From the NCBI RefSeq assembly GCF_964194155.1, contig NC_135879.1, positions 173,104,001 to 173,168,000 on the forward strand: a DNA stretch of 64,000 nucleotides, read 5' to 3'. The notes below the pieces were generated by a model. That model saw only the letters and a program-made list of their open reading frames with translations. It had not been told where the DNA came from and made no database searches. Below, in pieces: positions 11,330 through 24,230 of this stretch. The position numbers and the translations under genes were made by a program. The stretch's first letter is position 1; every line of letters begins with the position of its first letter. The DNA is from Cetorhinus maximus (lineage: Eukaryota).

Positions 11330-14300
11330 ACAGCGGAAGCAAAATGCTACAGACAGAGTTAAGTGACTCCATAAGCAACAGTTCAAATCAATGCTCTGCA
11401 GTCATGCCACATCCAATCATGAATGGTAGTGGACAATTAAACAAGTAGTGGGAAGAGGAGGCTCCATGAATATCCAACACCCACAAATGTGGTGGAACCC
11501 AGCATGTCAATACAAACGACAAGGCTGAAGCATTCACAACTATCATCAGCCAGAAATGCCAAGTGGATGATCTATCAAGGCCACCTCCTGAGATCCTCAT
11601 TGTCACAGACAGAAGTCTTCAGCCAATTCAATTCACTCCACACTCCATGAGAAAAATCAAAGTCGCTTGATATGGAAAAGTTTATGGGCCCTGACAACAT
11701 GCCACCTTTTCCAAGACAAACTTAGTGTGCCTCAAGCCAAGCTGTTCCATTAATAGCTACAACACTGCCATTTACCCAACAAAGTGTAAAATTGCCCATG
11801 AATACACCGTCTACAATGAAAAGACAAATCCAATGTGGCTAATTACTGCTGTTCATTGGCTTCACTAGTCTCAATCATTTGCCTGATGATTGAGTGATCA
11901 TAAAATCATAAAAATTTTCAGCAGCAAAGAAGGCCATTCATTCCACCCATGTCTGTGCTGGCTAAAAAAGCCATCCAGCCTAATCCCGCTTTCCAGATCA
12001 CGGTCCATAGACTTGTAGGTTACGGCATATCTGTCCATATCTGAGTACTTTTAAAGGCCATGAGTGTTTCTTTCTCTACCACACTTCCAATCAGTGAGTT
12101 CCCCAGCATCCTCTGGGTGAAAATATTTCTCCCTAATTCCTCTCTAATCCTTTTACCAATTACTTTAAGTTTATGCCCCCTGGATATTGACAACTTTGCC
12201 AAGGGAAACAGGTCCTTCCAATCCATTCTATCTAGGCTCTTATGGTTTTACACACTTCAATTAAATGCCCTCTCAGCCTGTTCTGTTCCGAAGAAAACCA
12301 CACTGACCTAGTCAATCTTTCCTCATAGCTAAAATTTTGCAGCCCTGGCAACATCCTCATAAATCACTTCTCTATTTCTCTGGTATCATCATCCCCCCTA
12401 CAATATGGTGACCAGAACTGTACACAGTAATAGTGGGTGTTAATGACACTTACTCACCAATGAGGTTTGGGTGCCACCAGGACCACTCCATTCCAGATTT
12501 CATTACAACCTTAAGTTCAAACATGGACAAAAAGATGATTATTCAGTTATGGGGTGGAAATTGAAATCAAACATTGAAGTCAAGGCAACCTTTGAATAAG
12601 TGTGGCATCAAGGAACCCCAGTAAAGTTGAACTCATTGAGGCATTGGGGAAAAACACTGCATGGGTTGGACTTAAACCTAGGACAAAGTTGAGGCGAGAC
12701 TGACTGCCCTTGACACCAAGGCAACATTTGACCGAGTTGACATCAAGTAGCCATAGCAAAACTGGAGTCTATGGGAATCAGGGGGAAAACTCTCTGCTTT
12801 TTAAAAACTTCATTAATGGGATGTGGGCATCGCTGGATAGGCCATCATTTATTGCACATCCCTAATTGCCCTTGAGAAGTGGTGGTGAGCTGCCTTATTG
12901 AACTGCTGCAGTCCATGTGGTGTAGGTACACCCACAGTGCTGCTAGGGAGAGAGTTCCAGTCATACCTAGCACAGAGGAAGATGGTTGTGGTTGTTGGGG
13001 ATCAATCATCTCAGCCCCAGGACATCACTGCAAGAGATCATCAGGTTAGTGTCCTCGGCCCAACCATCTTCAATTACATCATCAATGACCTTCCTTCCAT
13101 CATAATGTCAGAAGTGGGGAAATTTGCTGATGATTGCACAAAGTTCAGCAACATTTACGGCTCCTCAGTTGCTGAAGCAGTCCATATCCCTGTACAATAT
13201 CCAGACTTGGGCTGAGAAGTGGCAAGTAACATTCGTGCCACAGAAGTGTTAGGCAATGACCATCCCCAACAAGAGAGAATCCAACCATCACCCCTTTATG
13301 TTCAATGGCATTACCATCAATGAATCCCCTACTATCAACATCCTGGGGGGGTTATCATTGACCATAAACTGAACTGGACTAGCCATATAAATACTGTGGC
13401 TACCAGAGGAGGTCAGAGGCTAGGAATCATGCAATGAGTAACTCACCTCCTGACTCCCCAAAGGCTGTCCACCATCTACAAGGCACAAGTCAGGAGTGTG
13501 ATGGAATACTCCCCACTTGCCTGGATAAGTGCAGCTCCTACAACACTCAAGAAGCTTGACACCATCTAGGACAAAGCAGCCCACTTGATTGGCACCACAT
13601 CCACAAACATTCATTCCCTCCAACACCGACACATGATAGTAGCAGTGTGCATTACAGAATGTACAGTAGAAATTCACCAAGGCACCTTTAACAGCACTTT
13701 TCAAACCCACAACCACCACCATCTAGAAGGACAAGGGCAGCAGATAGATGGGAACACCACCACCTGGAATTCCCCTCCCAGCCACTCAGCATCCCGACTT
13801 GGAAATACCAAGTATTATGATTATAAAGTATTATGATTTTGGTTGCTATAGAGACCCCCATCTCAGCCCCTGGACATTGCTGCAGGAGCTGTTCAGGATA
13901 GTATCCTAGAGTAGATTTCCAACCATCTTCAGCTGCTTCACTCTGACCTCCATCATGAGGTCAGAGTGGGGATATTGACTGATAATTGCACAGAATTCAG
14001 TTCTGTACACAACTCAAGGGCATCTAGGGATGGGCAATAAATGCTGGCCCAGCCAGCAAAGCCCACATTCCGTGAATGGATAAAGAAAAAGGAACTCTCC
14101 AAGGATCCTTAGACAGCACCTTCCAAACCCATGACCGCTAACATCTAAAGGACAAGGGCAGCAGATGCATGGGAACACCACCACCTGCAATTCCCCTCTA
14201 AGCCACTCAGCATCCTTACTTGGAAATATATCGCCATTCCTTCATTGTCATTGGGTCAAAATCTTGGAACTCCCTCCAACAGCACTGTGGGTTTACCTAC

Positions 14301-15435
14301 ACCACATGGACTGCAGCAGTTCAAGAAGGCTGCTCACCACCACCTTCTCAAGGCAATTAGGGATGGGCAATAAATGCTGGTCTAGCCAGTGACGCCAACA
14401 CCCCATGAATGAAATAAAAAAAGTATTATGATTTTGGTTGTTAGAGACCCCACCTCAGCTCCAGGACATTGCTGCAGGAGCTGTTCAGGGTAGAATCCTA
14501 GAGTAAATTTCCAACCATCTTCAGCTGTTTCACTCTGACTTCCATCATGAGGTCAGAGTGGGGAAGTTGACTGATGGTTGCACAGAATTCAGTTCTGTAC
14601 ACAGCTCCTCAGATACTATAGCAGCCTATGTCTGCATGCAGCAAGAACTAGACAACATTCAGATTTTGTAGACAAGTGACAAATAACATCTGCACCACTC
14701 AAATGCCAGGCAATGATCATCCCCAACAAAAGAGAGTTCAAAGATCTCCCATTGACATTCAATGGCACTTCTTTCATCGAATCCCCCACTGATAACATCC
14801 TGGGGTGTCACCATTAACCAGAACTTTAACCAGTCTGGCTGCATAAATACTGCTACAAGAGCAGGCCAGAGATTGGAAATTCTAGGTAAGTGACTCACCT
14901 CCTGACTTGCCAAAGTTTTTTCACTAGCTACAAGGCACAAGTCAGCAGTATGATTTGCTTGGATGAATGAAACTCCAACACTCAAGCTCAACACCATCCA
15001 GGACAAAGCAGCCTGCTTGATTGGCACCTCATCCACCATCTTAAATATTCATTCCCTCCACCTACAGTGCACAGTAGCAGCAGTGTGTACCATCTACAAG
15101 GTGCACTGCAGCAACTCACCAAGGCTCCTTCGAATGCACCTTCCAAACCCGCAGCCTTTAGCACCCAGAAGGACACGGGCAGCAAGCACATGTGCGCACC
15201 ACCAGCCCCAGGCTCCCCTCCAAGTCACACATCATCCTAACTTTGAAATATATCACCATTCCTTCATGGTCACTGATTCAAAATTCTGGAATTCCCTAGC
15301 TAACAGCTCTGTGGGTGTACCTTCACCACACAGACTGCAACAGTTCATCTATGCTGCTCATCACTATGAAGGGAAATTTGGGATTGCAATAAGTGCCGGC
15401 CTTTGGAGCAATGCCCTGATCACATGAATGAAGAA
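11330..15435 (+). mobile_element. Cluster of CR1/L2-group LINE fragments of one family
   Basis: RT motifs SVLGPTIFNYIINDLPS and KFADDCT (13050-13140); KLNTIQDKAACLIG..IHSLH; repeated 3' tails GGGATGGGCAATAAATGCTGG at ~14030, ~14360 and ~15380. Confidence 0.85.
11897..12425 (-). mobile_element. CR1 LINE 3' fragment nested in the LINE cluster
   Basis: Minus ORF LFPLAKLSISRGHKLKVIGKRIREELGRNIFTQR, with tail at ~11900. Confidence 0.85.
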
Positions 15436-16584
15436 ATAATTTTAAAAGTTAGCTTTCCATTGTTTATTCTATTAAGTTTTTAACTGCAATTTGTCTTACG
15501 TTCTTGTGAAATTTTTGACGTGCACATTCATTTATGATGCAGATGTGATTATTGAAAAACTCAGCAGTAATAAAATAGTATGCTGACTTATTTCCACATT
15601 AGATGCGCAGATTCCCCTACATAAGCATTTCTTGTCAATTTACTGAAAACATGCTGTGGATAAAAATAACATAGCATAATGTCTTTCAGCATCTTTGGAA
15701 AGTCTCTGTAAGAGAATGCGATATTTTGAATGGATGAAATCACTGGTGGACTCCACCTCCCATTGGATATTGCAAGTTTTCTGTCAAAGAGCCATGGGAA
15801 TGTCCCAATGCTTGATGACAGAAAAGGATCTGGTTTGTAGAAAAGGAAATGACCAAGCCTGACTCAGGGTACTGACATGGCGTGAAAGGTTCCTGGCCCA
15901 TCTGAAAATAGGACTCAGAGTCTGATATCTGACAGCTTGGTTGCCTGTGCTGAGGGCACCAACTTCCTTTATTTGTTTAGATACACTGCAGCACCTTGCA
16001 AGGTTAAACACATCAAGGTTTTTGGCTTAGTCATGTCGTGAGCTGTACCTATTTATTTTTTTAAACAGGGAGAGACAAGCTATAAGGAAAAGGAAAGCTC
16101 CGATTCCACACATCAGATATTATCAGCAGCACAAAACCTGTACTAAATTGATCTGTAGGTGGAACATTTTGTTTTATTTTTTGGCTCTGTCAAAACAACA
16201 GAGGGTGTGGGAATTTGTGGGCACAATGGTTGTTTTTTCCTGACTCGTGATGAATCAGCATTAATTATTTTGAAGCAACAGGATTTGTTTTCATTTGCTC
16301 TTTCACATTGGTAACAAAATGCACAGAATAATATGGCAGGTAAAGACAAGTTACACGAAAGGTTAGTGAATCATCCATTCAGCAGCTCATTAAAAAAAAA
16401 CATTTGTATGATATACATGACTTTTTAAAAGGATCCATATTAACCTCTGTTATTCTACTAGAAACATATTTTGACCATGGTGGTCTGAGCAGGCTGCAGC
16501 TGTATGTCCTCACCTCTCTGCATCCTTAGTATCTCCACCAGACAGTATCCATATAACAAACTATATAACCTGCTCAACAAGCGT

Positions 16585-16890
16585 TTTTGCTCATGAGATG
16601 TGGGCATCACTTACTAGGCCAGCATTTATTGCCCCTGTTCAGAGGGCATTTAAGGGTCCACCACATTACTGTGGGTCTGAAGTCACATGTAGGCCAGATT
16701 TCTTTCCCTAAAGGATGGGTTTTTACATCAATCGGCAATGGTTTCCTGGTTATCAGACAACTTGTAATTCCAGATTTTTATTGAATTCAAATTTCACCAC
16801 CAGCCATGGTGGGATTCAAACTCAGGTCCCCAAAGCTTTACCCTGGGTTTCATGGAATACTAGTTAGCGATGATACCACTATGCCACTAC
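16585..16890 (-). mobile_element. SINE (same family as 21110-21490)
   Basis: Reverse complement shares the head, the CCACATT..TGTGGGTCTG core and the ATAAATGCTGGCC tail. Confidence 0.7.
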
Positions 16891-17136
16891 CTCCCCCATT
16901 ATTGATTGATGAGGGAAAGGCTCTTTGGGATTTCGCTGAATTCTCTCTCTGAGAGTGGAGGAAAAACGCTTGAGAAGTAACGCAAATTGCATCCTTCAAA
17001 AGGACAAGATAAAGTGCATACTACATCTAAAAATAATTTAAAAAAACACCCTGGTAAACTGAATGGTGTAGAACATTGGGATATTATAGGAATACTGTTG
17101 GGAGATAGACTTGAGTGTGCCCTGTGTTAAAACATG

Positions 17137-17843
17137 GGGGAGAATTTTTGGCTTGGTGAGCGGGGGCATAAAATGAAGCAGGGTGACGTTGGGCGTGCGT
17201 CCCGATGTCACCGCGCGTCATTTAGATTTTCAGTTCGGCGGGTGTGCAGCCACCTTGGCTGCGCGCCCGCCGAACTGTCAAAGGCCTGTTAAGACCATTA
17301 ATTAACTAATTAAGCCTATTGAGAAAGTGGCCTGTCCAACCTTAAGGTTGGTGGGCAGGTGAAGAGCCCAGGCGGCCTTCGCATTTTTCATGGAACTTCA
17401 TCCACAGGCAGGATGAGATTTCATGAAGGGCTTTTAAATTAAATAAATTTTTCCATTAAAGTTCATTGACATGTCCCAGCTCATGTGACGCTGTCACTTG
17501 AGGGGACATGTCTTAATTTTTTTTTTCTTTACTAAAATTTTTAAAACTTATAACTTATCTCCCTGAGGCAGCTCCGTACCTCAGGGAGATTTCTGTGTTC
17601 TTTTGCGCGCATGAGCACTCCCGACTCCGGGAACGCACCACCTCCCCCCACCCCCCCACCCCGCCCACACAGAGAAAGCAAAGCACTTCCGGGTGCGTGT
17701 CATGCTGGGCGGGCCTTAATTGGCCCACCCACATAAAATGGTGGCATGGGCTCGATCAGGGGTGCCGATCGGTTCTGCGCCCACCCGCGCCCGCCCCCGC
17801 ACCCGCACAACCCCCCCCCCCCCCCCCCCACCCCCACCCCGAT
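17137..17843 (-). mobile_element. Harbinger-derived MITE (one TIR lost)
   Basis: GGGGAGAATTTT start plus the family internal palindromes (AACCTTAAGGTT, GACATGTCCC..GGGACATGTC, TCTCCCTGAGG..CCTCAGGGAGA). Strand is relative to 54312-58801. Confidence 0.9.
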
Positions 17844-18089
17844 GTTTTTAAATGTTTCATTTATTTTCCTTGTGTGATCAGGAGGAATAGACAACACTCT
17901 GTCACCAATTGCTGCTCAGAATGATGGCCTCCGCTTTGTGATTTGATGTTGACTTCTTGCCCAAATAAAACCACAAACTGGCTATTTTTTCTTTTGTTTA
18001 TGGTCTCATGAATGTTTCTTTAACACCATATAGATGAGGATGAGGATGAGGATAGAATCATGAGGAGTTCTGGAAATAACAGTATGGGT

Positions 18090-18795
18090 ACGAGAAGGGA
18101 AGCTATTGCTGGAGATCCTCTGAAAAAGGTGATATAGGTGAGTGCAGTCCCACTGAACTGGACAATGAATGTTAAATAAAAGAGGAAATTGCTGTAGTCA
18201 ACCATGACCAAGGGTATAGAGAGATTTAGGAAATAATGTACCACAACTGTTGTCACAGAGATTTAATTTGTGATTGTGGTAGGGCCATTTAACTTACATG
18301 GTAGGGTGGAAACTTGGTCAGAGGGTTTTAAAACATGCACCTGCAGGAAGGATGGATGTTAATTTGAGTGAAAACAATGCATTGTAGGGTTTTGGAGAGG
18401 AAATAGTTGTAAATCACACAGAAGTCTGCAAGGAGAGCGAGGCAAAAGTGCATTGTTTTGAGGAGAGGGTGACGACAATAGATTTGAAAGGGATGGGGGC
18501 GGTACCTAAGGACAGGTAACTATTTCCGAAAACTAGTAGCAAGTGCACCAGAAAGGGAGGTTGGATGGTCAGCCATTTAGCAGAAAGGGGACAAAGGGAA
18601 CAGAAGGTGGTTCTCATGGATTGGATGTACGTGGATAAGGGGATATAGAGAAATGGAAGAAAAATAAGAATTCAGGGCTAAAGCAGAAAAGAGCCTGAGG
18701 GAATGTTTGACTAGGTGAACAAGGGAAGCAGCAGAGACAACTGAATCGGTGGTCTCAACTTTAGTGACAACAAAGCCCATGACATTTTTGCACTT
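18090..18795 (-). mobile_element. Old L2-like LINE fragment, continues past 20516
   Basis: Purine-rich degraded ORF2-like sequence, split by the Penelope insertion and its TSD. Confidence 0.55.
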
Positions 18796-20515
18796 AGATA
18801 AAAGCAAAAAACTGCGGATGCTGGAAATCCAAAACAAAAACAGAAATACCTGGAAAAACTCAGCAGGTCTGGCAGCATCTGCGGAGAGGAGCACAGTTAA
18901 TGTTTTGAGTCCGAATGACCCTTCAACAGAACTAAGTAAAAATGGGAGAGAGATGAAATATAAGCTGGTTTAAGGTGGGTGGGGGGGATGGCGGGGGGGG
19001 TGGGGGGGTGGGGTGGGTATGACAAGAAGAGCTGGATAGAGGGCCAGTGATAGGTGGAGATAACCAAAATATGTCACAGACAAAAAGACAAAGAGGTGTT
19101 GAAGGTGGTGTTATTATCTAAAGGAATGTGCTAATTAGAGGTAGAAAGCAGGATGAGCAAGGTACAGATAGCCCTAGGTGGGGTGGGGGGAAGGGATCGA
19201 AATAGGCTAAAAGGTAGAGATAAAACAATGGGTGGAAATACACTTAAAAATAATGGAAGTAGGTGGGAAAAGAAAAATCTATATAAATTATTGGAAAAAA
19301 CAAAAAGGAGGGGGAAAATCAGAAAGGGGGTGGGGATGGAGGAAAGAGTTCATGATCTAAAATTGTTGAACTCAATATTCAGTCCGGAAGGCTGTAAAGT
19401 GCCCAGTCGGAAGATGAGGTGCTGTTCCTCCAGTTTGCGTTGAGCTTCACTGGAACAATGCAGCAAGCTAAGGACGGACATGTGGGCATGAGAGCAGGGT
19501 GGAGTGTTGAAATGGCAAGCGACAGGGAGGTCTGGGTAATGCTTGCGGACAGACCAAAGGTCTTCTGCAAAGCGGTCACCCAGTCTGCGTTTGGTCTCTC
19601 CAATGTAGAGGAAACCGCATTGGGAGCAACGAATGCAGTAGACTAAATTGAGGGAAGTGCAAGTGAAATGCTGCTTCACTTGAAAGGAGTGTTTGGGCTC
19701 TTGGACGGTGAGGAGAAAGGAAGTAAAGGGGCAGGTTTTGCACTTTCTGCGGTTGCATGGGAAGGTGCCGTGGGAGGGGGTTGAGGTGTAGGGGCTGATG
19801 GAGGAGTGGACCAGGGTGTCCTGGAGGGAACGATCCCTGCAGAATGAGACCAGGGGGGGTGAAGGGAAGATGTGTTTGGTGGTGGCAGCATGCTGGAGTT
19901 GGCGGAAATGGTGGAGGATGGTCCTTTGAATGCGGAGGCTGGTGGGGTGATAAGTGAGGACAAGGGGGACCCTATCATGTTTCTAGGAGGGAGAAGAAGG
20001 TGTGAGGGCAGATGCGCGGGAGATAGGCCGGACACGGTTGAGGGCCCTGTCAACCACCGTGGGTGGAAAACCTCAGTTAAGGAAGAAGGAGGACATGTCA
20101 GAGGAACTGTTTTTGAAAGTGGCATCATCAGAACAGATGCGACAGAGGCAAAGGAACTGAGAGAATGGGATGGAGTCCTTACAGGAAGCGGGGTGTGAGG
20201 AGCTGTAGTCGAGGTAGCTGTGGGAGTCGGTAGGCTTGTAATGGATATTGGTGGACAGTCTATCACCAGAAATTTGAGACAGAGAGGTCAAGGAAGGGAA
20301 GGGAAGTGTCAGAGATGGACCATGTGAAAATGATGGAGGGGTGGAAATTGGAAGCAAAATTAACAAGTTTTTCCAGGTCTAGATGAGAGCATGAAGCAGC
20401 ACCGAAGTAATCATCGATGTACCGGAGAAAGAGTTGTGGGAGGGGGCCGGAGTAGGACTGGAACAAGGAATGTTCCACATACCCCATAAAGAGACAGGCA
20501 TAGCTGGGGCCCATG
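18796..20515 (-). mobile_element. 5'-truncated Penelope-like retroelement (RT C-terminus, GIY-YIG endonuclease, pLTR)
   Basis: MGPSYACLFMG..FLRYIDDYFG; YKPTDSHSYLDYSSSHP; LVYCIRCSQCGFLYIGETKRRLGDRFAE. TSD CATTTTTGCACTT at 18783-18795 and 20516-20528. Confidence 0.95.
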
Positions 20516-21109
20516 CATTTTTGCACTTGTTGGGTGGTGGAGGGATAGGAAAGAGGGATAGGGAAGAGAAGAAGCTGGGGATTAACTTTGCTCTTCAGGG
20601 CGATCTTAAAATAATGAATGGTTTTGACAAAGAAGAACAAGGACATTTGTGGTTCAAACGTCAATAGACTTATCCATTGCTCTAAAAAATACAATTAGCC
20701 TAAGAAGATATGTAAAAGTTTGTTACTGTCCTGTTATATATACAATAGAACCCCAAATGCCTAAGCTCCATGGACATAGTGGCCTGGAACGTCTTTTGAG
20801 TTACAACAACACTGTCACCTTAACATCATAGCTCTGTTTATGTGCATAACAGGGTTTCTAAGTCAAGTCTGACAAAGTTACAGCTGCAGAGTGGGGACAG
20901 GTCCAAGGTAATTTTAGGCCATTCTTTTTGTGCATGGTAACTTGTATTTACAAATGAAGCTACAATCTCAAGGTCAATTCATTTGAGATCCACTTTTTAT
21001 TTAAACCCAAAAGATGGGTTAATATTCACTCATTTTACTCAATAATTTACTCATAGCTTCATGAATTAATACTAAAAATTCATAAACATCTCTCAACAGC
21101 AATATGCTG

Positions 21110-21490
21110 TTGGCAGCATAGTGGTTCTATCACTGAACTAGCAATCTGGAAGCCCAGTCTAATTCTCGGGGGACAAAGGTTTAAATCCCACCATGACAGC
21201 TGGTGAAATTTCAATTCAATTAATAAATCTGGAATTTAAAAAAAGCTAGCCTCAGTAATGAAACAATTATCGAATGTTGTAAAAATTTGTGTGGTTCACT
21301 AATGTCCTTCAGGGAAGAAAATCTGCCATCCTTACCTGGTCTGGCCTATATGTGACTCCAAACCCACAGCAATGTGGTTGACTGTTAAATGATGTCTGAA
21401 ATGGCTTAGCAAGCCACTCAGTTAAAGGGAAATTAGAGATGGGAAACAAATGCTGTCTTGCCAGTGATGCCTGGATCCCATGAAAAAAAA
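21110..21490 (+). mobile_element. tRNA-type SINE with LINE-derived 3' tail
   Basis: Box A/B-like head (GGCAGCATAGTGG..GGTTTAAATCCC). The tail resembles the LINE end at 14351-14420 and finishes in poly(A). Confidence 0.75.
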
Positions 21491-21659
21491 ATCCAAGATG
21501 CTTTAGAGGCAGAAAACTGATCTGAATTTTCATGAAAAATATTGATAAGTTTCTGAAAGTGATAACAATGAATATTTTTAAAACAAATCTTCCAATACAT
21601 TTTGTAGCTTTAGTCCTGATCACAGATATCATCAAATTCACTTTGACTAAAAACTTAAA

Positions 21660-24230
21660 TCCATTTAGAGACAGTGATCATTGTATCATAAGGTTTAGGT
21701 TGGCCTAAAAGGACAATGAACAATCCAGAATAAGAATAATTAACTGGGGAAAAGCCAACTTCAATGAGGAAAGAATGGATTTGACCTAGATAAATTGGAA
21801 TCAACAGTTGGCAGGCAAAATGGTGTCTGAACTTTGGGCTGCATTTAAAGAAGAGATAGAGCAGCAGAGTCAAGTTATGTTCCCACGAAGAGGAAAGGCA
21901 GGGCAAACAAATCCTGAGCTCCTTAGATGAAAATGGGTGTAGGGATTAAGATGAAGAAAAAAAGTGTGCTTATGACAGATGTCAGGTGGATAATACAACC
22001 AAAATGAAGGTTCAGAGGGGAACTGAGAAAGCAAATAAGAGGAGCAAAGAGCAACTATGAGAAGAGATTGGCATCTAACATAAAAGGGGAATCAAAAAAT
22101 CCCCTGTAGGCATATAAATAGTAAAAGAGTGGTAAAAAGAGGAGTGGGGCCGATTAGAGACCAAAAGGGGGTTATGTACGGAGGCAGAGGGCATTGCTGA
22201 GGTATTAAATGAATACTTTGCATCTCTCTTTACCAAGGAACAAGGTGCTATGCATATCATGGTGAAAGAGGGTGTAATTCAGAGACCCAAAGGTTTAAAG
22301 TTGATCAGGAGGTGGTATTGGATAGGCTGTCTGTAGTTAAGAGTTGATAAGGCACCAAGAATGGATGGGATGCATCCAAGGATACTGAGGAAAGTGAGAG
22401 TGGATATTGCAGAGGCACTGGCCATAATTTTCCAATCTTCCTTAGAAGCAGGGTGGTGCCAGATGACTGGAGAATAGCAACTATTACACAGTTGTTGATT
22501 AAATGGTGTAAAGTTAAGCCCAGCAACTACAGGCCAGTCAGTTTATCCTCAGTGGTGGGGGAGTTCCTAGAAACAATAATTCAGGACAAAATTAATACCC
22601 ACTTGGGAAAATGCAGTTAACCAAGGAAAGTCAGCATGAATTGTTAAGGGCAAATCATGTTTAACTAATTTGCTGGAGTTTTCTAATGAGGTAACAGAGA
22701 GGTTTGATAAGGGTAATGCTCATGATTGGTCTTCCAAAAGGCATTTGCTAAAGTGCCACACAACAGACTTGTGAACAAAGGTAGAGTTCATGGTAGAGAA
22801 AGGACAGTAGCATCATGGGACTCGATTTCATAGGGGTGCCGTGGTCTCCGAACACCTAGCTAAAAAGTCACTGACAGGTCTGCCCACCATTGTGATGGTT
22901 GCCTCTCAGCAATTTAACGCTGGGAGCAGCACTAATTGTTTAAAGGTGACTTCTGCCCTTATCTCGAGAGTAAGTTCCACCTTAGAAAGCCAATCAGATA
23001 GTCGCAGTAATGCCAGATGAGACCGATGGCTATTGCAAGGATTCCAGGCGGGTCCCAATGATTAGGATCTCGGAATTCAGGTAAATCTGGGGTACAGTAT
23101 TGCCTGGGGGCAGGCTGGCAGGCCCTGGTGAGGGGGCTGAGGGGTTGGGGGACTTGGTTTGAGAGGCCACAGCGGGGAGATCAGTAAGGGGGAAGGATAA
23201 TCTTGACGGGAGTGGTACCTCTAAAAGGCACAGGGGACCCTGGCCCGGCATCAACCTGCACAGCTAAAGCTGCTGGGCTTCTCACATAACGTGGGCCTGC
23301 CCCTGCTGTGGGCAAAATAGAGGCAGGGGTTGGATGAGGCCCTTAAGGGGCCATTAATTTGAGACAGGTGGGGGGCAGTTGGGTAGGCAGCAGGCAAGCC
23401 ACACACTGGACTTTATGAGCCTCCCGCTTTTTAATCTGCGGGCAGGGAGCGTAAAATCCAGCCCATGGATACAAAATTGGCTGAGTGACATGAATCAAGG
23501 AGTAGTGGTTAATGAATGTTTTTTTGGGCTGGAGGAAGGTTTGTGGTGGAGTTCCCTGCTGGCCGGTCTAAGGACCCTTGCTCTTCCTGATATATATTAA
23601 AGGCGTAGACCTTGGTGCACAGGGCACCATTACAAAATTTGCAGAGGATACAAAGCTTGGAAGCATTGTGAACTGTGAGGAAGTTGGTGCTGAACTGCTA
23701 AAGGACATAGATAGGTTTTGATGGAATGGCTGGACAAGTGGCAGATGAAACTTAATGCAGAGAAGTGGGAATTGCAGAGGCACTGGCAATAATCTTTCAA
23801 TGTTACCTGGATTTGGGTGCGGGTGGGGAGGTTGCTGGAGGACTGGAGAATTGCAAACATTTACGCCCTCCTTCAAAAAAGGTTGTAAAGATCTGTCCTG
23901 CAATTACAGGCCAGCTAGGTTAAATCCGATGGTGGGGAAACTTTTAGAATCAATCATTCAGGATAGAATTAATAGCCACGTGGAAAAACGTGGATTGATT
24001 CAGAAGAGTCAGCATGGATTTGTTAAAGGGAAATCATGTCTAACTAACTTTCTGGAGTTTTTTGAAGAGGTAACAGAGATGATTGATGAGCTCAAGTTGA
24101 TGTGGTGTATATGGGCATTCGATACAATGCCACACAACAGGCTTGTAAGGAAAGTTATAGGTCATGGAATAAAAGGGACAGTAGCAACGTGGTTACAAAA
24201 TTGGCTGAGAAACTGATAGTAATGTTTAAT
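21660..24230 (+). mobile_element. Degenerate CR1 LINE ORF2 fragments (at least two copies)
   Basis: NYRPARLNPMVGKLLESII and SQHGFVKGKSCLTNFLEFFEEVT motifs; the same region appears at ~22400-22810 and again at 23766-24216. Confidence 0.9.
22818..23464. mobile_element. Harbinger-type MITE of a second family inserted in CR1
   Basis: TIRs GGACTCGATTT / AAATCCAGCCC; ATG TSD at 22815-22817 and 23465-23467; CR1 reading GTVAS-WIQNWL rejoins across it. Confidence 0.8.

Noticed and set aside
19676-20266. Pro/Ser/Thr-rich 196-aa ORF
   Set aside because: Alternative frame of the Penelope RT-endonuclease linker; also seen at 43082-43360.
21110-21200. tRNA gene
   Set aside because: Only decayed box A/B motifs heading a SINE; no cloverleaf.
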